A stretch of 64,000 nucleotides of DNA from an uncultured Phycisphaerales bacterium (GCA_963844715.1 CAWJPJ010000007.1:832001-896000), one strand, 5' to 3'; numbered from the stretch's first letter, positions 43,300-55,218 are shown. Program-made: numbers and translations. The notes: generated by a model not told the origin, from the letters alone.

Positions 43300-44654
43300 T
43301 CACTCCGCATAGGGCGGCAGGTCAAAATCGCGGTTGACGAGCACGCGCACCGGCCAGCCGGGGCGGACAGTGATGGTCGGCTGCACATTCAATTGCCGGT
43401 CGATGATCTTGGAGCCGATGGCGCTGGCCTGTTGCGCAACCGCGTCGCCCACGACATCCCCCGAAGAATTATTCACGTCCTCCTGGGGATTGCGGGCCAG
43501 GTTGCCGGCATAGGCGACGATGCCGGAGAGCACCGCGGCGGCGGCAAGCTTATCACTGTGATAATCCACCTGATCGGCGATCCCGGCGTAGCCGCCGCCG
43601 TCCGTGCCACGCATGCGGTCGAGATTGACGGAAGCTCCATCTGGAAAGAGCAGCTGATGCCACACCAGCAGCGCCCGATCCTGCGCCATGCTGATCTGGC
43701 TGTCATAGCTCCCGTAGAGCCGTGCCCCCTGGGGAATCAGCAGGTGGTTTCCCGTGGCCGAGTCATAAACGGGGGACGTGACTGTGGCCACCACGTCGCC
43801 GGGCAGATCGGTGTTAATGCCGGTGAGCAGCGCCGCGGGGATCACCGTTCCGGCTTGTAACTGGTAGACGCCGGACTTTTCATCGGGCGGTTCTTGCAGG
43901 ACCGGCCGCGGCGGCTCACTACCTGGCGAGGACGGGCCATTGAGGAATGCCAGCTTGCGCTCCTGGTCACTTTGCGGCTGTGGCCCCGGCGCCTGCGGGA
44001 GCAGGGCTTCAAGGCGCTCTCCCTGGCTCTGAATCTCTCGCTCAAAGGCATTGGCATTCCTGTCGGCACCCGGCTCACCGGCGGCGACCATTTGCGCAGG
44101 GTTCGCCGGGGCTTGCACTGCTGAGCCGCCGTGTCATCCAATTTGAAGAACAATCCCGACGCCCAGACCTTGGCTTGCTGCTGGCCGGCGGCGGATTGAT
44201 AGGCGGCGATCTGCTGGGCCAGTTGCTTGTTCTCCTGGCCCACCTTCTGAATAGATTCGGCCAGGCGTGCCAGCGCCTGCTGTAGCGCTTGCTCGCGCGG
44301 CGACGGCTGCATGGAGCCCTGGTAAGGATTCTGCCGGTCCAAATCCGTCGACGCGGCGGATTTTGGCTTGCGCTAGCCACATCCGCATAGCTGGAAGGCA
44401 GGTCCGCGATGGGCGAAGGCTGGGCATTTTCCGGCGGCAGGTCGATCTTGCGCTCCTGAGACGCGCGGATGAAAGTCAATCCCCAGTCCCACGATCAGGG
44501 CTGCCGCGACGACCGCCGCCAATAGAGCCGCCGCCAGGCGAATGTGCCGCCGCTTTAAGCCTGACACGCGCCCGCGGGGAACGCGAATGGTCAGGTTCCG
44601 TGATTCCTCAGCAGAATCATCATGAGGAGTAGGATTGATGGATTCAGAAGACAT
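43300..44654 (-). CDS. trbI: TrbI/VirB10 (about 3 frameshifts)
   Basis: LQAGTVIPAALLTGINTDLPG, LLIPQGARLYGSY, DQVDYH, QPTITVRPG. Confidence 0.92.
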
Positions 44655-44711
44655 GGCATTTTCCTTTTTTGCTGCAAGCGGATTGATTCGAAAGCACCGT
44701 TGGCGCCGCCA

Positions 44712-45686
44712 CTACTCCCGTTCGATTCGGACCACTTCCTGGGGCGATTCGCCCAGGCGCAGCTCGGCCTTTTGGATCACCTGATCGACGATGTAGTAGT
44801 TGCCTCGCTGGCGGTAATTGACGAGCTGCGCATCGCCTTTGCGGCTGAGCACAAACAGAGGGGGCGCTTCCTTGGCGTCCAAACTTGCGGGAAAGGCGAT
44901 AAAGGTCTTGTGACCGTCGGTGAAGACGCGCAAAGGCATCCAGTCGGGCGTATCACCCTTGGCGCGGATGGTGTAATCAAAATCCATGTCCGCCAGATTC
45001 ACCGCCGGGTCGATCAGCATCCGGCTCAACTGGTTCTGCTGCTCCTGGTCGTCAGCAAGCTGGCGGGCAAAATCGGCCGGATAGGTCCACTGGACGGCGG
45101 AGTGGTAGACGCCGGCAAGGCTTTGCAAATCGATCTGGTAGACCCGGCGGTCCGTGCATAAGACCAAGTTGGTTTGAAGGTCCGGCTTGAGAGGCTTGAT
45201 GAGCACCAAGGTCTGAATGCCATTCCCGCCGCCACTGTGACTGTCGCCGACCAGCCACTGCGCGGTGTCTCCGCAGACTTTGGAGATCAGTTGCTCTCCC
45301 GGCTCCAGCAGGATGGTCGTCACGTGACCGGGGCTGGCGATGACCTGATAGACCATGCCTGATACAAAGTCATAGGTCTGGGCCGCCTGGATAAAGCCCT
45401 CTTCCGTGGGCCGCTGAGCAGCGCCGCGTGTGGCGTCGGCGATCACCTGCCCAGCGCTTGGCTGTGAGGCGGCGACCGGGCGAATATCCGGCAGTCGCCG
45501 CCACTGCGGGACGGCCACCGGCACTGCCACCTCTTTGACGATAGGCGGCGGTGGCTCGGTGAGGCGATTGGCCTCCAGGTAGACCGTCTGCGGCGGCGGC
45601 GAACTGCTGCACCCGCCCAGCATCGCTGCGGCGGCGAGCCATATATATGTTGTATGGAAAGAACCCTTCTGATTGATCTGTTTCAT
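44712..45686 (-). CDS. trbG: TrbG/VirB9
   Basis: Lipoprotein-like signal (LGGC), GDTAQW, TNLVLCTDRRVY, PLRVFTDGHKT, PPLFV, LVNYR. Confidence 0.92.
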   Translation of the reverse strand: MKQINQKGSFHTTYIWLAAAAMLGGCSSSPPPQTVYLEANRLTEPPPPIVKEVAVPVAVPQWRRLPDIRPVAASQPSAGQVIADATRGAAQRPTEEGFIQAAQTYDFVSGMVYQVIASPGHVTTILLEPGEQLISKVCGDTAQWLVGDSHSGGGNGIQTLVLIKPLKPDLQTNLVLCTDRRVYQIDLQSLAGVYHSAVQWTYPADFARQLADDQEQQNQLSRMLIDPAVNLADMDFDYTIRAKGDTPDWMPLRVFTDGHKTFIAFPASLDAKEAPPLFVLSRKGDAQLVNYRQRGNYYIVDQVIQKAELRLGESPQEVVRIERE

Positions 45687-45734
45687 GATGTGCTCCGGAT
45701 AAACATGCGATTAAAGTGAAAAGATCTGTAGCTC

Positions 45735-46430
45735 TTAATTGTTCCCGGCAAACTCCTGGCTCCACGTGAAACTGGTGACGTAAACGCCTAGGGGATTTTG
45801 AAAGATAGCTCGGGCGGTTTTGGGCGGCACGATCCTGGTGGTGAACAGACCGGTCCAATAGCTGACCGTGGAGCGGGCGCCATTTTCAAAGGCGGTTTCC
45901 CTCCACGCGCACCTGGTAGCTGGCGTCGGAGCGCTGAAGGACGCTGACGATCTCGACGGACATGGTCACATCCTGGTTGGCGGGATCGGCCAGGCCCGCA
46001 TGTGCGCCGTACTCGCTCATGGTCGTGACGGCATCGCCGGCCAGATAGTGATAGGCTTCCTCCCAGTTCTCCTTGAGCACGACTGGATCGGAAGGGCGTG
46101 AGCGCACCTTCCGCACCAGCTCCGCTAAGTGAAAAGCGATCTGGGCGCTGGTAGGAGTGTAGCCGCGATCCAGAAGCTCAACCTGGCCGATCAGCGCCCC
46201 TGCGGGTCCACCTGGGCGACATAAGCTTCGATCCGCGTGCGGCTGGATTGATAGAGCAGGCCAATCGTCAGCACACCGCTGAGGCCAAAAGCGGCGAAGG
46301 CCATCATCCGCCAGTTCTCCGCTTGCACCTGGGCTGAGCCGATGCGCTGGTCCCACGCCTGCCCCGCGAGCGCAAAGGGGGACTGTTCGACTCCGTGTGA
46401 CTGATAGCTGCGCGTTTGTTTTTTGAACAT
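45735..46430 (-). CDS. trbF: TrbF/VirB8 (2 frameshifts)
   Basis: WDQRIGSAQVQAENWR, SDPVVLKENWEEAY, SYQV, NPLGVYV. Confidence 0.88.
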
Positions 46431-46458
46431 GTGCGATTCCTTTGTTGAAAAAAACTTC

Positions 46459-47480
46459 TTATTTGCCATCCGCTTTGGGCGCGCGCCGGCCGCGGTGACG
46501 GACGCACCGGCGGCGACCACGGCGCCGCCCCCTGTAAACATCGAAGCTGCTTTCATCGCGCCCCAGCGCATCGCTTGACCGGCATAGGGCGCGCCCTTCT
46601 TGGCCGCGTCGATGGCGGTTCCCGCGGCATACGCGCCAGCCCCACCGGCCATGACGGCCCCTCCCATGCCGTCGGCGGCCAGACTGGGCGAGCCCGAGAC
46701 CAAATCCGAGCTCATGGAGGTGGCCATGCGGGCCAGGAGCAGCAGCGCCACCGCGCCGATCGCCGCGGCGGTCGCCTGACGGATGGTCAGCGCGTCGGCG
46801 GGGACGGCAGTGACCTGCTGCACCAGATTCAGCCCCAGCGCCATCACCAGGGCGAGAACCATGAGCCTTACGCCGCTGGCGATGAGCCAGCCGATGGGGC
46901 GCTCGGCCAAAAATGCCGTCTTGCTGAGCAGCGCCGTGGGCAGGAGCACGAACGACGCCAGCGAGCCGGCCTTGAACTGCACCAGCGCGAGGAATATCTG
47001 GAACGCCAACATGGCGAAGGCGATGAAGTAAACGAGTGCCGCCAACTCGATGATCATGATCTGCGGCAGGTTCTCGAAGGTGGCGCGGATGCCGGTCAGC
47101 TTGGTCGCCGCCATGATCATGTTCCACGCTCCCGACCAGCCGATGGCGACGACCTGGCCGGGGTTGTAGAACTGCTGGGTGGTGATCGAGGAATTCCCCG
47201 CCTTCATCCCCAAGCTCACAAAACCCTGGCCGACGGTGTTGATCAGCGAGGGCCAGTTCATCACCAGCCAGGCGAAGAAGCCGATGTAGAGGAATCTTCG
47301 CGCCAGCGCCGAGAGCACTTCCTCCTGGCTCAAGGCCCAGGTGAGTCCCGCCAGGGTCAGATTGATCAGCAGTAGGGTGGCGAAGAGCCAGTAGACGTCC
47401 CCCTGGATCAGACCGAAGCCGTGGTCGATGAAGTTGAGCGTGTGCTGCAAAACATCGTTGAGGACATTGCCTTCATCCAT
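46459..47480 (-). CDS. trbL: TrbL/VirB6 (3' end approximate)
   Basis: FIDHGFGLIQGDV, LYIGFF, TAFLAERPIG, many TMs, Gly/Ala-rich tail. Confidence 0.9.
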
Positions 47481-47513
47481 AAATGCTCCTTCGCTCCACG
47501 GAGACCTGGGAAC

Positions 47514-48308
47514 TCAATTTCCAAACGGTTCGGTAACGGGCGCTACGTCGTAGGTGGTCTGGGCGTCTGAGGTGGCGCGGTTGACCAGTTCCTGGTTCCG
47601 CACGTATTCGGCGGATTCTTCGGACTGCTGCAAGGCCAGCGATCGCTGCGTTGCCAGTTCCGCCGCCTGCTGGTCTTGAAGTTGGGCGCTGAGGGTGACG
47701 AGCATCTCGTTGGTCGCCTGGATCGCCGCCGTTTCACCCGGCGCGTTTTGGCTCGCCGTGGCGAGATCACTCATACGCTGTTGCGTGCCGCTCATGGACG
47801 CCACCGACGCCTCCTGCATCTGAATGGCCTTGGCCGCCGCGCCGCGCGCCGCAGAGTTCCACTGGTCGGGGTACTGGGCGATCTGTGTGTCGGACTGGCC
47901 TCGCCAGTCCTGGGGAGCGGGATAGGCGTCGCGGATCAGTTGCGCGATCAATCCGCAGTTGAAGGCCGCGGTGAAGCCGATGGGGTCGGTCGAGCCTTCG
48001 CTTTGCATCTCGCCGCAGAACTGCTGGAGGGTCTGCTGAATCTGCTCCATGATCCCCACCGCCTGCTGGGCATTGGAGATGCTCAGGTGCTGGAGCATGC
48101 GGCTTTCGTTCTGAAGGGATTGGATCTGGTTCTGAATCTGCTGGACCTGGTTATCGATCTCCTGAGCCTGATGCGCCAGTTGCTCGATCAGCAGCGTCCC
48201 ATTGGTCGGGTCATAGACGATCCACTGGGCTTTGGCCCGCGAGGCCAGAATCAAAGGGAGCAGAAACGACCCCGCAAGGACGATATTGCGAATGAAGTTC
48301 TTACTCAT
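47514..48308 (-). CDS. trbJ: TrbJ/VirB5-like
   Basis: Signal peptide, IVYDPTN, NQVQQIQNQIQSLQNE, SQNAPG..AIQATNE. Confidence 0.88.
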   Translation of the reverse strand: MSKNFIRNIVLAGSFLLPLILASRAKAQWIVYDPTNGTLLIEQLAHQAQEIDNQVQQIQNQIQSLQNESRMLQHLSISNAQQAVGIMEQIQQTLQQFCGEMQSEGSTDPIGFTAAFNCGLIAQLIRDAYPAPQDWRGQSDTQIAQYPDQWNSAARGAAAKAIQMQEASVASMSGTQQRMSDLATASQNAPGETAAIQATNEMLVTLSAQLQDQQAAELATQRSLALQQSEESAEYVRNQELVNRATSDAQTTYDVAPVTEPFGN

Positions 48309-48311
48309 GGT

Positions 48312-50772
48312 CTACTCCTTCGTAGTTGAGATTTGGGAACCTGGACTATTCACACTGTCGAGCAGCGCCGCATCCACTCCCCGCGCGGTAAGGAACCGCC
48401 TGGCAAATTCACTCCGCGGGCAGTCGCGGCAGAATCTTTCCGGCGAGCGTGCGGTCACCGTGGGAACTGGCGGCGCACACCGCCAGGGCTACGGGACTTA
48501 ATCCAAGCTCAAAGAGGCGGTCCCCGTCGCGGCTTTGGTAGTAGTAATCGCGTTTGGGGGCTGCGGAGGCGAGGATGCGAAGCTGCTGCTCGCTGAGGCC
48601 AAAGGCTTCATAGACCCGCCGCACGGCCGGCTCCATCGCCCGTGCGTTGGGCAGGAAGATGCGCGTGAGGCAGTTTTCAATCAGCGCCGGCGCGATGGGC
48701 GAGTCGGCGATGTCGCTGAGGCTTTGGGTGGCGAAGACGACGGCGACGTTGCGCTTGCGCAGGACCTTGAGCCATTCGCGGATTTTGGAGGCAAACAACC
48801 CATCCGCCAGAAACACCCACGCCTCATCGAGCACGAGGAGCGTTGGCCTTCCCCCTGTCTCCTCGGCGGCAAAGCGCTCTTCCAGACGATGAAACAAATA
48901 AGTCAGCACCGCGGCGGTGGCGGCTTTGCTCTGCATCAACTGCTCGGTCTCAAAAGCTTGCCAGGTTCCGCGATTCAGTTCGTCTTGATTGGCGTCCAGC
49001 AAGTGGCCGTAAGGCCCTTGCAACGTGTAGCGCCGCAAAGCTTCCTTGGCGGCGCGGTGCTGTAAGAGATTGGTGAAGCTGCTGAGTGTCCGATCTCGCA
49101 CCTCGCTGGCGCCCAGCAGTTCCAATACACGCCAGAGCTCTTCCTTGAGAATTGGATCAGCCTTGACGCCCTCGCGCTCCAGGATGTCGAGGAGCCATTC
49201 CTGCGCCCAGAGCGCTCCGGCGGCTCATGCACGCGCGCCAGTGGCTGAAAGCTCAAGCCTCCTTCGGTCGCGCCAAGATCGTAGTAATCGCCGGCGGCGG
49301 CGAGCGTCAGCACCTTAAAGCTTCCCCCCTTGTCAAAGAAGTAGACCTGCGCCTGCGGGTATCTTCTCCACTGGCTGGCCAGGAAGTTGAGCAGCGTGCT
49401 CTTGCCCGCCCCGGTGGGGCCGCAGACCATGGTGTGGCCGACGTCCCCCTGGAACAGCGACAAACGAAACGGCGTAGCGCCCTTGGTCTGAGCTTGAAGG
49501 AGTACCGGGCCATTCAGGTGCTCGCATCGCCCCGGTCCCGGCCATACGCTGCTGAGAGGGATCAGATCGCAGAGATTCAGCGAGCCGATCACCGGCCTTC
49601 GCACGTCGGCGTAGGCATGACCGGGAAGAGAGCCCAGCCACGCCTCCACCGCGTTGACCGTTTCGATCTTGGAGACCAGCCCCACGCCGTCGATCACGCG
49701 CTGCACCGCCGCCGCCTTCTGATGGGCCTGATGAAGATCGCTGTCCCAGACCGTGACGGTGAGGGTCAAATACCCATAGCTGCACAGGTCCGCGCCAGGT
49801 ATTGCATTGCCTCATCGGCATCGTGCGCCTTGTTGACGCTGTCGCTGTCTTCCAGCGTGGAGGCTTCCTTGGTGATTGTCTCTTTCAGCAGCGAAGCGAG
49901 GCCCTTGCGCTTGGCGAACCACTGGCGGCGCAGGGAGGCCAGGAGCTTTTCAGCATTGGTCTTGTCCATGGGAAGCCAGCGCACGACCCAGCGATACGGC
50001 AGAGGGAGTTGATTCAGGCCGTCCAAAAGTCCCGGCATGGTGCGGTGGGGGTAGGCGCGGATGCTGACGGTCTGGAGATAATCATTGCCAAGCTTTGGCT
50101 CGAATCCTCCGGCTAAACAATCGTCGGTCAGCATCTCATCCAGGTAGAACGGCACGGGCGGGAGCTCGATGTGCAAGTGCCGGCGCGTGGAGACGCACTG
50201 ATGCAAATAGGTCAGCAGGTCGCTTTCAGCGAGCTCCAAAACCAGCGGCATAAAGGAGCGCAGGAGGCCGCCGATCTGGTCCACCTGCGCAGGAAACCTT
50301 CCAGTTCCCGATGATAGTCAAGTCCGCGCAACTGCGCCGCGGACTCGACAAACAGATCGCGCCCACCGGCCAGGCGCTCCTCGGGTGGCAGGTAGGTCAG
50401 AACCAGGGCGTGATCCGATTCAAAATGCGTCTGGTCCGCCTCAAAACTTTTTCGCCGCTCGGCTTCGATCGCTGCGGTGACGGGATCGGGGAATACTGAG
50501 GTCGGGTAATCCTGGCTGGGGCGGCGATGGGCTTCGACGTGCAGGCACCAGCGCGAACCCAGGCGCTTGAGCGCATTGTTCATTCGCGCCCGCACCGCGA
50601 TGAGCTCGTGATCCGAGCAGCTGTCCAAATCCGGCCCGCGGAAGCGATACGCCGCCAGGAATGAGCCATCTTTGTTCAGGACGACGCGCGGGTGAATCAG
50701 GGCCGCCCAGGGGAGGTAGTCACTGAGCTTTTTGCCTTTGCGGCGATATTCGGAGATGTTAAACATGAGCAT
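48312..50772 (-). CDS. trbE: TrbE/VirB4 ATPase (about 4 frameshifts)
   Basis: LPWAAL, NKDGS, GPDLDS, Walker A GPTGAGKS, FDKG, Walker B LDEAW, FATQS; C-terminus rebuilt to TAG at 48312-48314. Confidence 0.93.
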
Positions 50773-51062
50773 CAACCTTCCAAATGAGCGGGCAAACGAA
50801 TCTGACGGCGGAACACGTCCAGCCACAGCGGATCGGCCTTGGTCAGCGCCACCGCCGCCGCGTGCATCGCCAGCCCCAGGGGTACTCCCAGCCACCAAAC
50901 CTGCAAGCCCAAGGACAGGGCCGCGGCCATCGTGCCGTTGAGGATCGCCACGGGTCGGGGCACGCCTCCCATAAGCACCGATTGCGTCAGGGAAATGCTC
51001 AGGGGGATCTCGAAACCTTCGGGCTTTTCCTGATGAAGCGAACTGGTGGCGAGGGTTTTCAA
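50772..51062 (-). CDS. trbD: TrbD/VirB3
   Basis: GFEIPL..SLT..LMGGVPR..ILNGT, DP; TTG start overlaps the trbC stop. Confidence 0.88.
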   Translation of the reverse strand: MKTLATSSLHQEKPEGFEIPLSISLTQSVLMGGVPRPVAILNGTMAAALSLGLQVWWLGVPLGLAMHAAAVALTKADPLWLDVFRRQIRLPAHLEG

Positions 51063-51376
51063 AACGTCAGCCCTCCGGTGAACCCGAAGAAGGTCAGGCC
51101 GAACTGCGCGGCGGCGAAGGCGATGGACAGGCCCAGGACGACCCCCAGTACCCGGCGCAGGGTGCTGCCCCCCTCGCTGAACGCGAAGGCGAAGCCGACC
51201 GAGACAATGGCCAGCACTCCCAGGCCCTTGGCGACAGGGCCGGTGAGGCTTTGGACGATCTGGTCCAGAGGCCCCTCCCAGGGCATATCGGTGCCGGCGG
51301 CGAAGGCGGCGCTGGGGACAGCCAGCGCCATTCCTGCCGCGACTGCCATCAGCAGGCGAGAAGATCTGTGTTTCAT
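51059..51376 (-). CDS. trbC: TrbC/VirB2 pilin
   Basis: Signal peptide, MPWEGPLDQIVQSLTGPVAK, GLSIAFAA. Confidence 0.92.
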   Translation of the reverse strand: MKHRSSRLLMAVAAGMALAVPSAAFAAGTDMPWEGPLDQIVQSLTGPVAKGLGVLAIVSVGFAFAFSEGGSTLRRVLGVVLGLSIAFAAAQFGLTFFGFTGGLTF

Positions 51377-51629
51377 GATGAAACTCCTCGTTAAAGTTCA
51401 CGTCATATGGCCCACCTGTCAGCGCACCTGAGCCAGTTGTTAGGAATGATGAGCATGAAGCGCGCGCCGTCGCGCGCAAGATCGGCGCGAAGTGACGGCG
51501 ATTTGAGTTGCGGGATCGTTGCGCTCTCGCGCTTCTCTAACGATGAAAGTGGCGCCACATATCGGGGGAGTGGGGATCGGGGAGAGGGGTCAAACCCCTC
51601 TCCCCGGCGCGGTTTCACACAATATATAT

Positions 51630-51672
51630 ATAGAAAGGCAGCCGGATCGGAATTCAAATCCGATCCGGCTGC
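51630..51672 (-). terminator. Probable intrinsic terminator after parB
   Basis: Perfect 14-bp stem GCAGCCGGATCGGA/TCCGATCCGGCTGC (51638-51672) followed on the - strand by CTTTCTATATAT. Confidence 0.6.
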
Positions 51673-51700
51673 TGCACTTCATCGGCTGACAACGATGTCG

Positions 51701-53179
51701 CTATGCCCCCGGCGTTTGCTCCTGGTTCCGGGCCTCTGGCTCCTCCCGCAGATTGGATGGCAGCCATGCGTTGAGCTTCGCCGCCAGCTTGGCATCCTCC
51801 ACGCGTCCTTCGGCGGCATCGGTAAACAGCTTGGCAAGCTCCGAAACGAGCTCCGATTTCTTCTTGTTCTCGGCGGCTTTTGAATAGACCGGACCGCGAA
51901 ACTCGCCGATCAGGTGGGCAAGTTGAATCTTCTGGTATCCCGCCAGCCACTTCTCATCGGGACGCCAGTAGCGGCGCACTTCCACGCCCAACTCGACGGC
52001 CAGACGCCAGACCAGTTCCGTTCGGCGTTGCAGGTGGACCGTGATGCACTCGACCGTCAGAAGATCGATCAGCGCATCCAGCTTCTTCTCGGATAGGCGC
52101 TTCACGGCCTCGTAAGCAACATGATCCTCGACGTAGTGCTGGTCATGCAGCGGGTCCAACTCAACCCGACGCTTACGGAGGATGTCGAGCGCCATTGACG
52201 CGAAGCCTTCGGCTCGGTCGGCGTGAACGGTCGTCCCGTTCGCATCATGCCGGATCGAAAGCGCCTCGCTACGCACCTTGTCATGCAGTATCAATGCCAA
52301 AACACGTCTGCAAACTCGGCCGTCTTTGAGCAGAAGTTCGCGGACGGCCAACGCCTGATGCGTGAACGTCGCGGCAAGCTGTGGCTCTTTCAGGTCATCC
52401 GAAGTCGGCGGCTTCGGTGCGACGTGTCCATTGCCCCCATGAACGCCATTGCCCGATGCGTTGCGACGGTTTCGCGGGATACGGTATTCACGTCGCACCC
52501 GACCATCCGGGTCGAGCAACAAGAACGCCGTGCCAACGGCCTTCGTCGCCTCGGCGTAGTGAACCTCGGCATCCTCGGTTAAGGTCTGTCCCTCGTCGTC
52601 CAGCGTTTCCAGCTTCGTCTGAACGTCCTGATATGCCTTTTGCTCCGACTCGCTGAACTCGCCGGGTCCGGCTTCTAGTTCCGCGATCTTCGCCTCCAGC
52701 TTGCTCCGTTTGTGCGCCAGCTTTTCGAGCTTGGCGGTGGTCTGCTGGTCGTACTCCTGCGGCGCATCAGCCATCGAAAATAGCCGATCCTGCACGTCGG
52801 CCTGCGGACCAACCACAACGTCGCCCCAACCTTCCTCGATCAGCTTTTGCCGCTCGGCCAAAAGCGCTTCAGCCTGCGCCTCCATGAACGCCTTGCGCTC
52901 GATCAGCACGCGCTCGGCAAACAGGTCTTTGCTGACGGCGGATTCCGGCAACTTCGACACGTCGAAGGTGGCGGACTTGGCGTCGATCCACGCGTGGGCA
53001 ATCACGTTGCGGACGTGCTGTGCATGCTCTGGGTTGCTGCCGACTTCCTGCCAGACTTCCAATTGACGATCCGCCGGAACGGACGCGAACGCCTCGGCGG
53101 TCGCGGTGTCGATTTCACCTTGGCGGTACGCGGCCTTCACCGGATCGGCCAGAGTTGCCAGCTTCATGCGCTGGCGCAC
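51701..53179 (-). pseudogene. parB: ParB-family protein, C-terminal part (interrupted by RIT1)
   Basis: Begins VRQRMKLATL, second helix of the ParB HTH; joins in frame to 56831-57286. Confidence 0.88.
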
Positions 53180-53265
53180 TTATGTGTTGAGTATATTTAT
53201 GTTGTCAGATCACACCAACCAGTGGCTTCCCTGGACGCGATAGGCTGTTGTGACCACATAATTTT

Positions 53266-54279
53266 TTACAATGCCTGCAAGAACTCCATCAGTTTTGGAT
53301 TGGCTTTCCATGATTTGCGTTTGGACGACCTTGGCCCAGTGAGCTCGCATGTGGCGAGCATTTTTGCTTTGGTTTCCAAGTCGATCTCGGCGTACACGTT
53401 GGTCGTATTGATTGACACGTGACCGAGCCAGGCGCGAATGGTGTTGATGTCCACGCCAGCGCGCAGTAGATGTGTTGCGGTGGTGTGGCGGATCGTGTGC
53501 GGCCCGACTCGCTTCCTGGCCAGCGTTGCGACTTTCCTGCTGGCCGCGTCGACGTGCCGCGACACCAACGCATGAACGCCGAAACGTGTGAGCGGCTCGC
53601 CGCGTTGGTTTAAGAACAGTTTTTCGCCTTCGGCGCGGTTGTCAGCCAGTTCCTTGAGCTTGTCGATCGTCGTGGGCCAGAGCGGACAAAATCGAGTTTT
53701 GTTCCCCTTGCCAACCAAGCGCACCGATCCGGCGCCATCGGCGCGGCGTTCGATATCAGCCAGCGTCACCGCAACTGCCTCGCTCACGCGGGCGCCGGTG
53801 TTGTACAAAAACAGCAGCAGTGCATGATCGCGGCGACCAATCTGGCGCGCAACATCCGGCGCGGCGATCAGAGCGTCAATCTCCGGCTTATCGAGATAGC
53901 ACAGCGCCGGTCGATGGAACCGCTTCGATGGAATAACCCGGATTGCCGAGCACCAGGCGATGTGTTCGGGTGCATGGTCGGCGACAAAGCGAGCGAAGGC
54001 GTGGATGGCGGCAAGCCGCTGGTTGCGAGTACGTATGGTGCATTTGCGCTCTGATTCCAGGTGTGACAAAAAGCTTCGCAACCGATCAGGCGAGAGCGCA
54101 TCGACTGTCAGGCGATCCACCGCCGCACCTGTCTTCTTGGAGACGAAAGGCATCAACTGAGCGAAGGCATCGCGATAACTGCGCTGTGTGTTGCGCGATA
54201 AATTGCGTTCGGCAACCAGATGTTCCAGAAGGAAACGGCGAATCCACGTACCCAGTAAAACGCTTTTTTGTGTCATCAT
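53266..54279 (-). CDS. ritC: RIT1 recombinase C
   Basis: RTRNQRLAAIHAF, YNTGARVSE, GKGNKTR, HTIRHTTA, WLGH..TTNVY. Confidence 0.92.
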   Translation of the reverse strand: MMTQKSVLLGTWIRRFLLEHLVAERNLSRNTQRSYRDAFAQLMPFVSKKTGAAVDRLTVDALSPDRLRSFLSHLESERKCTIRTRNQRLAAIHAFARFVADHAPEHIAWCSAIRVIPSKRFHRPALCYLDKPEIDALIAAPDVARQIGRRDHALLLFLYNTGARVSEAVAVTLADIERRADGAGSVRLVGKGNKTRFCPLWPTTIDKLKELADNRAEGEKLFLNQRGEPLTRFGVHALVSRHVDAASRKVATLARKRVGPHTIRHTTATHLLRAGVDINTIRAWLGHVSINTTNVYAEIDLETKAKMLATCELTGPRSSKRKSWKANPKLMEFLQAL

Positions 54280-55208
54280 CCTGCCATCGGTAAGGCGTAG
54301 TTGCGGAAGAGAGAGCTTGCCTCCTGGGCCAGTTCGCTGGTCAGTTGCAGATAAACCTGCGTCTCGCGAACGCTGCAATGGCCCAGATACGTCGCCAAGC
54401 GTGGTAGTAATTGCTGAACGTTCTTGCCCGCGCGGTACCAGCTAATCAGCCGGTTCACAGCGAAGGTATGCCGCAGATCATGCAACCTCGGCTGAAAGAA
54501 AAAGCTGGTTGGTCGGCGGATTCCAATCTGTTCGCGCAGGAGCTTGTAGCTGTGTTGCGCGGTCTGCTTGGCAATCCGCCGTCCCGTGCGATCGGTTAGA
54601 AACGGCTTGTCATTGCCGGCGTCGCCGGCGCGATGCTTGCCTTGGTAGGCGATCAGCAGACTGCGCAGGTCAGCGCCGATCGGCACCAGCCGGCTTTTGT
54701 AGAACTTGGTCTGGCGGATGGTAAGGATGCTCGCCCGCAGGTCCACGTCTTCCACATTCAGCGCCAACGCTTCGCTGATGCGAAGCCCGCTGCCATATAG
54801 CAGCAACAGAATCGTTCTCATGGTGGCTGGGCTGAGTAACCAACAGTTGCGATACCGCTGACTGGTCGCTTCCAAGAGCGACTTCATCTCCGCGACCGAA
54901 TAAATGTAGGGAATGAACGACCACTGCCGACGAGGCTTGTCCCGCGGCAACGGAGACGCCGATGCGTACTTGCGGCTGATCGCAAACCGATAAAAACCGG
55001 CCAGGGCATGATACTTGGAGAGCCAATAGTTGGTGACGGGGCCATCTCCATCGAGATAGCGGCGCACTGTTTGAGGAGTCACGCGCCGCAGCTCGACATC
55101 GCCAACGGCTCGGGCAAAGGCGTGGAGCAGGCCTTTTTCTCTGCAAAAACCAATGCCCAGTGATTGGCGGTACTCCACGTAACTGTTAACACAGGCCGAG
55201 ACCTTCAT
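54276..55208 (-). CDS. ritB: RIT1 recombinase B
   Basis: PYIYS, GLRISEAL, TKFYKSRLVP, PRLHDLRHTFAV, LATYLGH. Confidence 0.92.
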   Translation of the reverse strand: MKVSACVNSYVEYRQSLGIGFCREKGLLHAFARAVGDVELRRVTPQTVRRYLDGDGPVTNYWLSKYHALAGFYRFAISRKYASASPLPRDKPRRQWSFIPYIYSVAEMKSLLEATSQRYRNCWLLSPATMRTILLLLYGSGLRISEALALNVEDVDLRASILTIRQTKFYKSRLVPIGADLRSLLIAYQGKHRAGDAGNDKPFLTDRTGRRIAKQTAQHSYKLLREQIGIRRPTSFFFQPRLHDLRHTFAVNRLISWYRAGKNVQQLLPRLATYLGHCSVRETQVYLQLTSELAQEASSLFRNYALPMAG

Positions 55209-55218
55209 TCCTGCTCCT

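Noticed and set aside
46191..47480. Apparent trbL-trbF fusion
   Set aside because: trbF has its own RBS and ATG at 46430 and an alternative trbL stop exists at 46459; most likely an indel.
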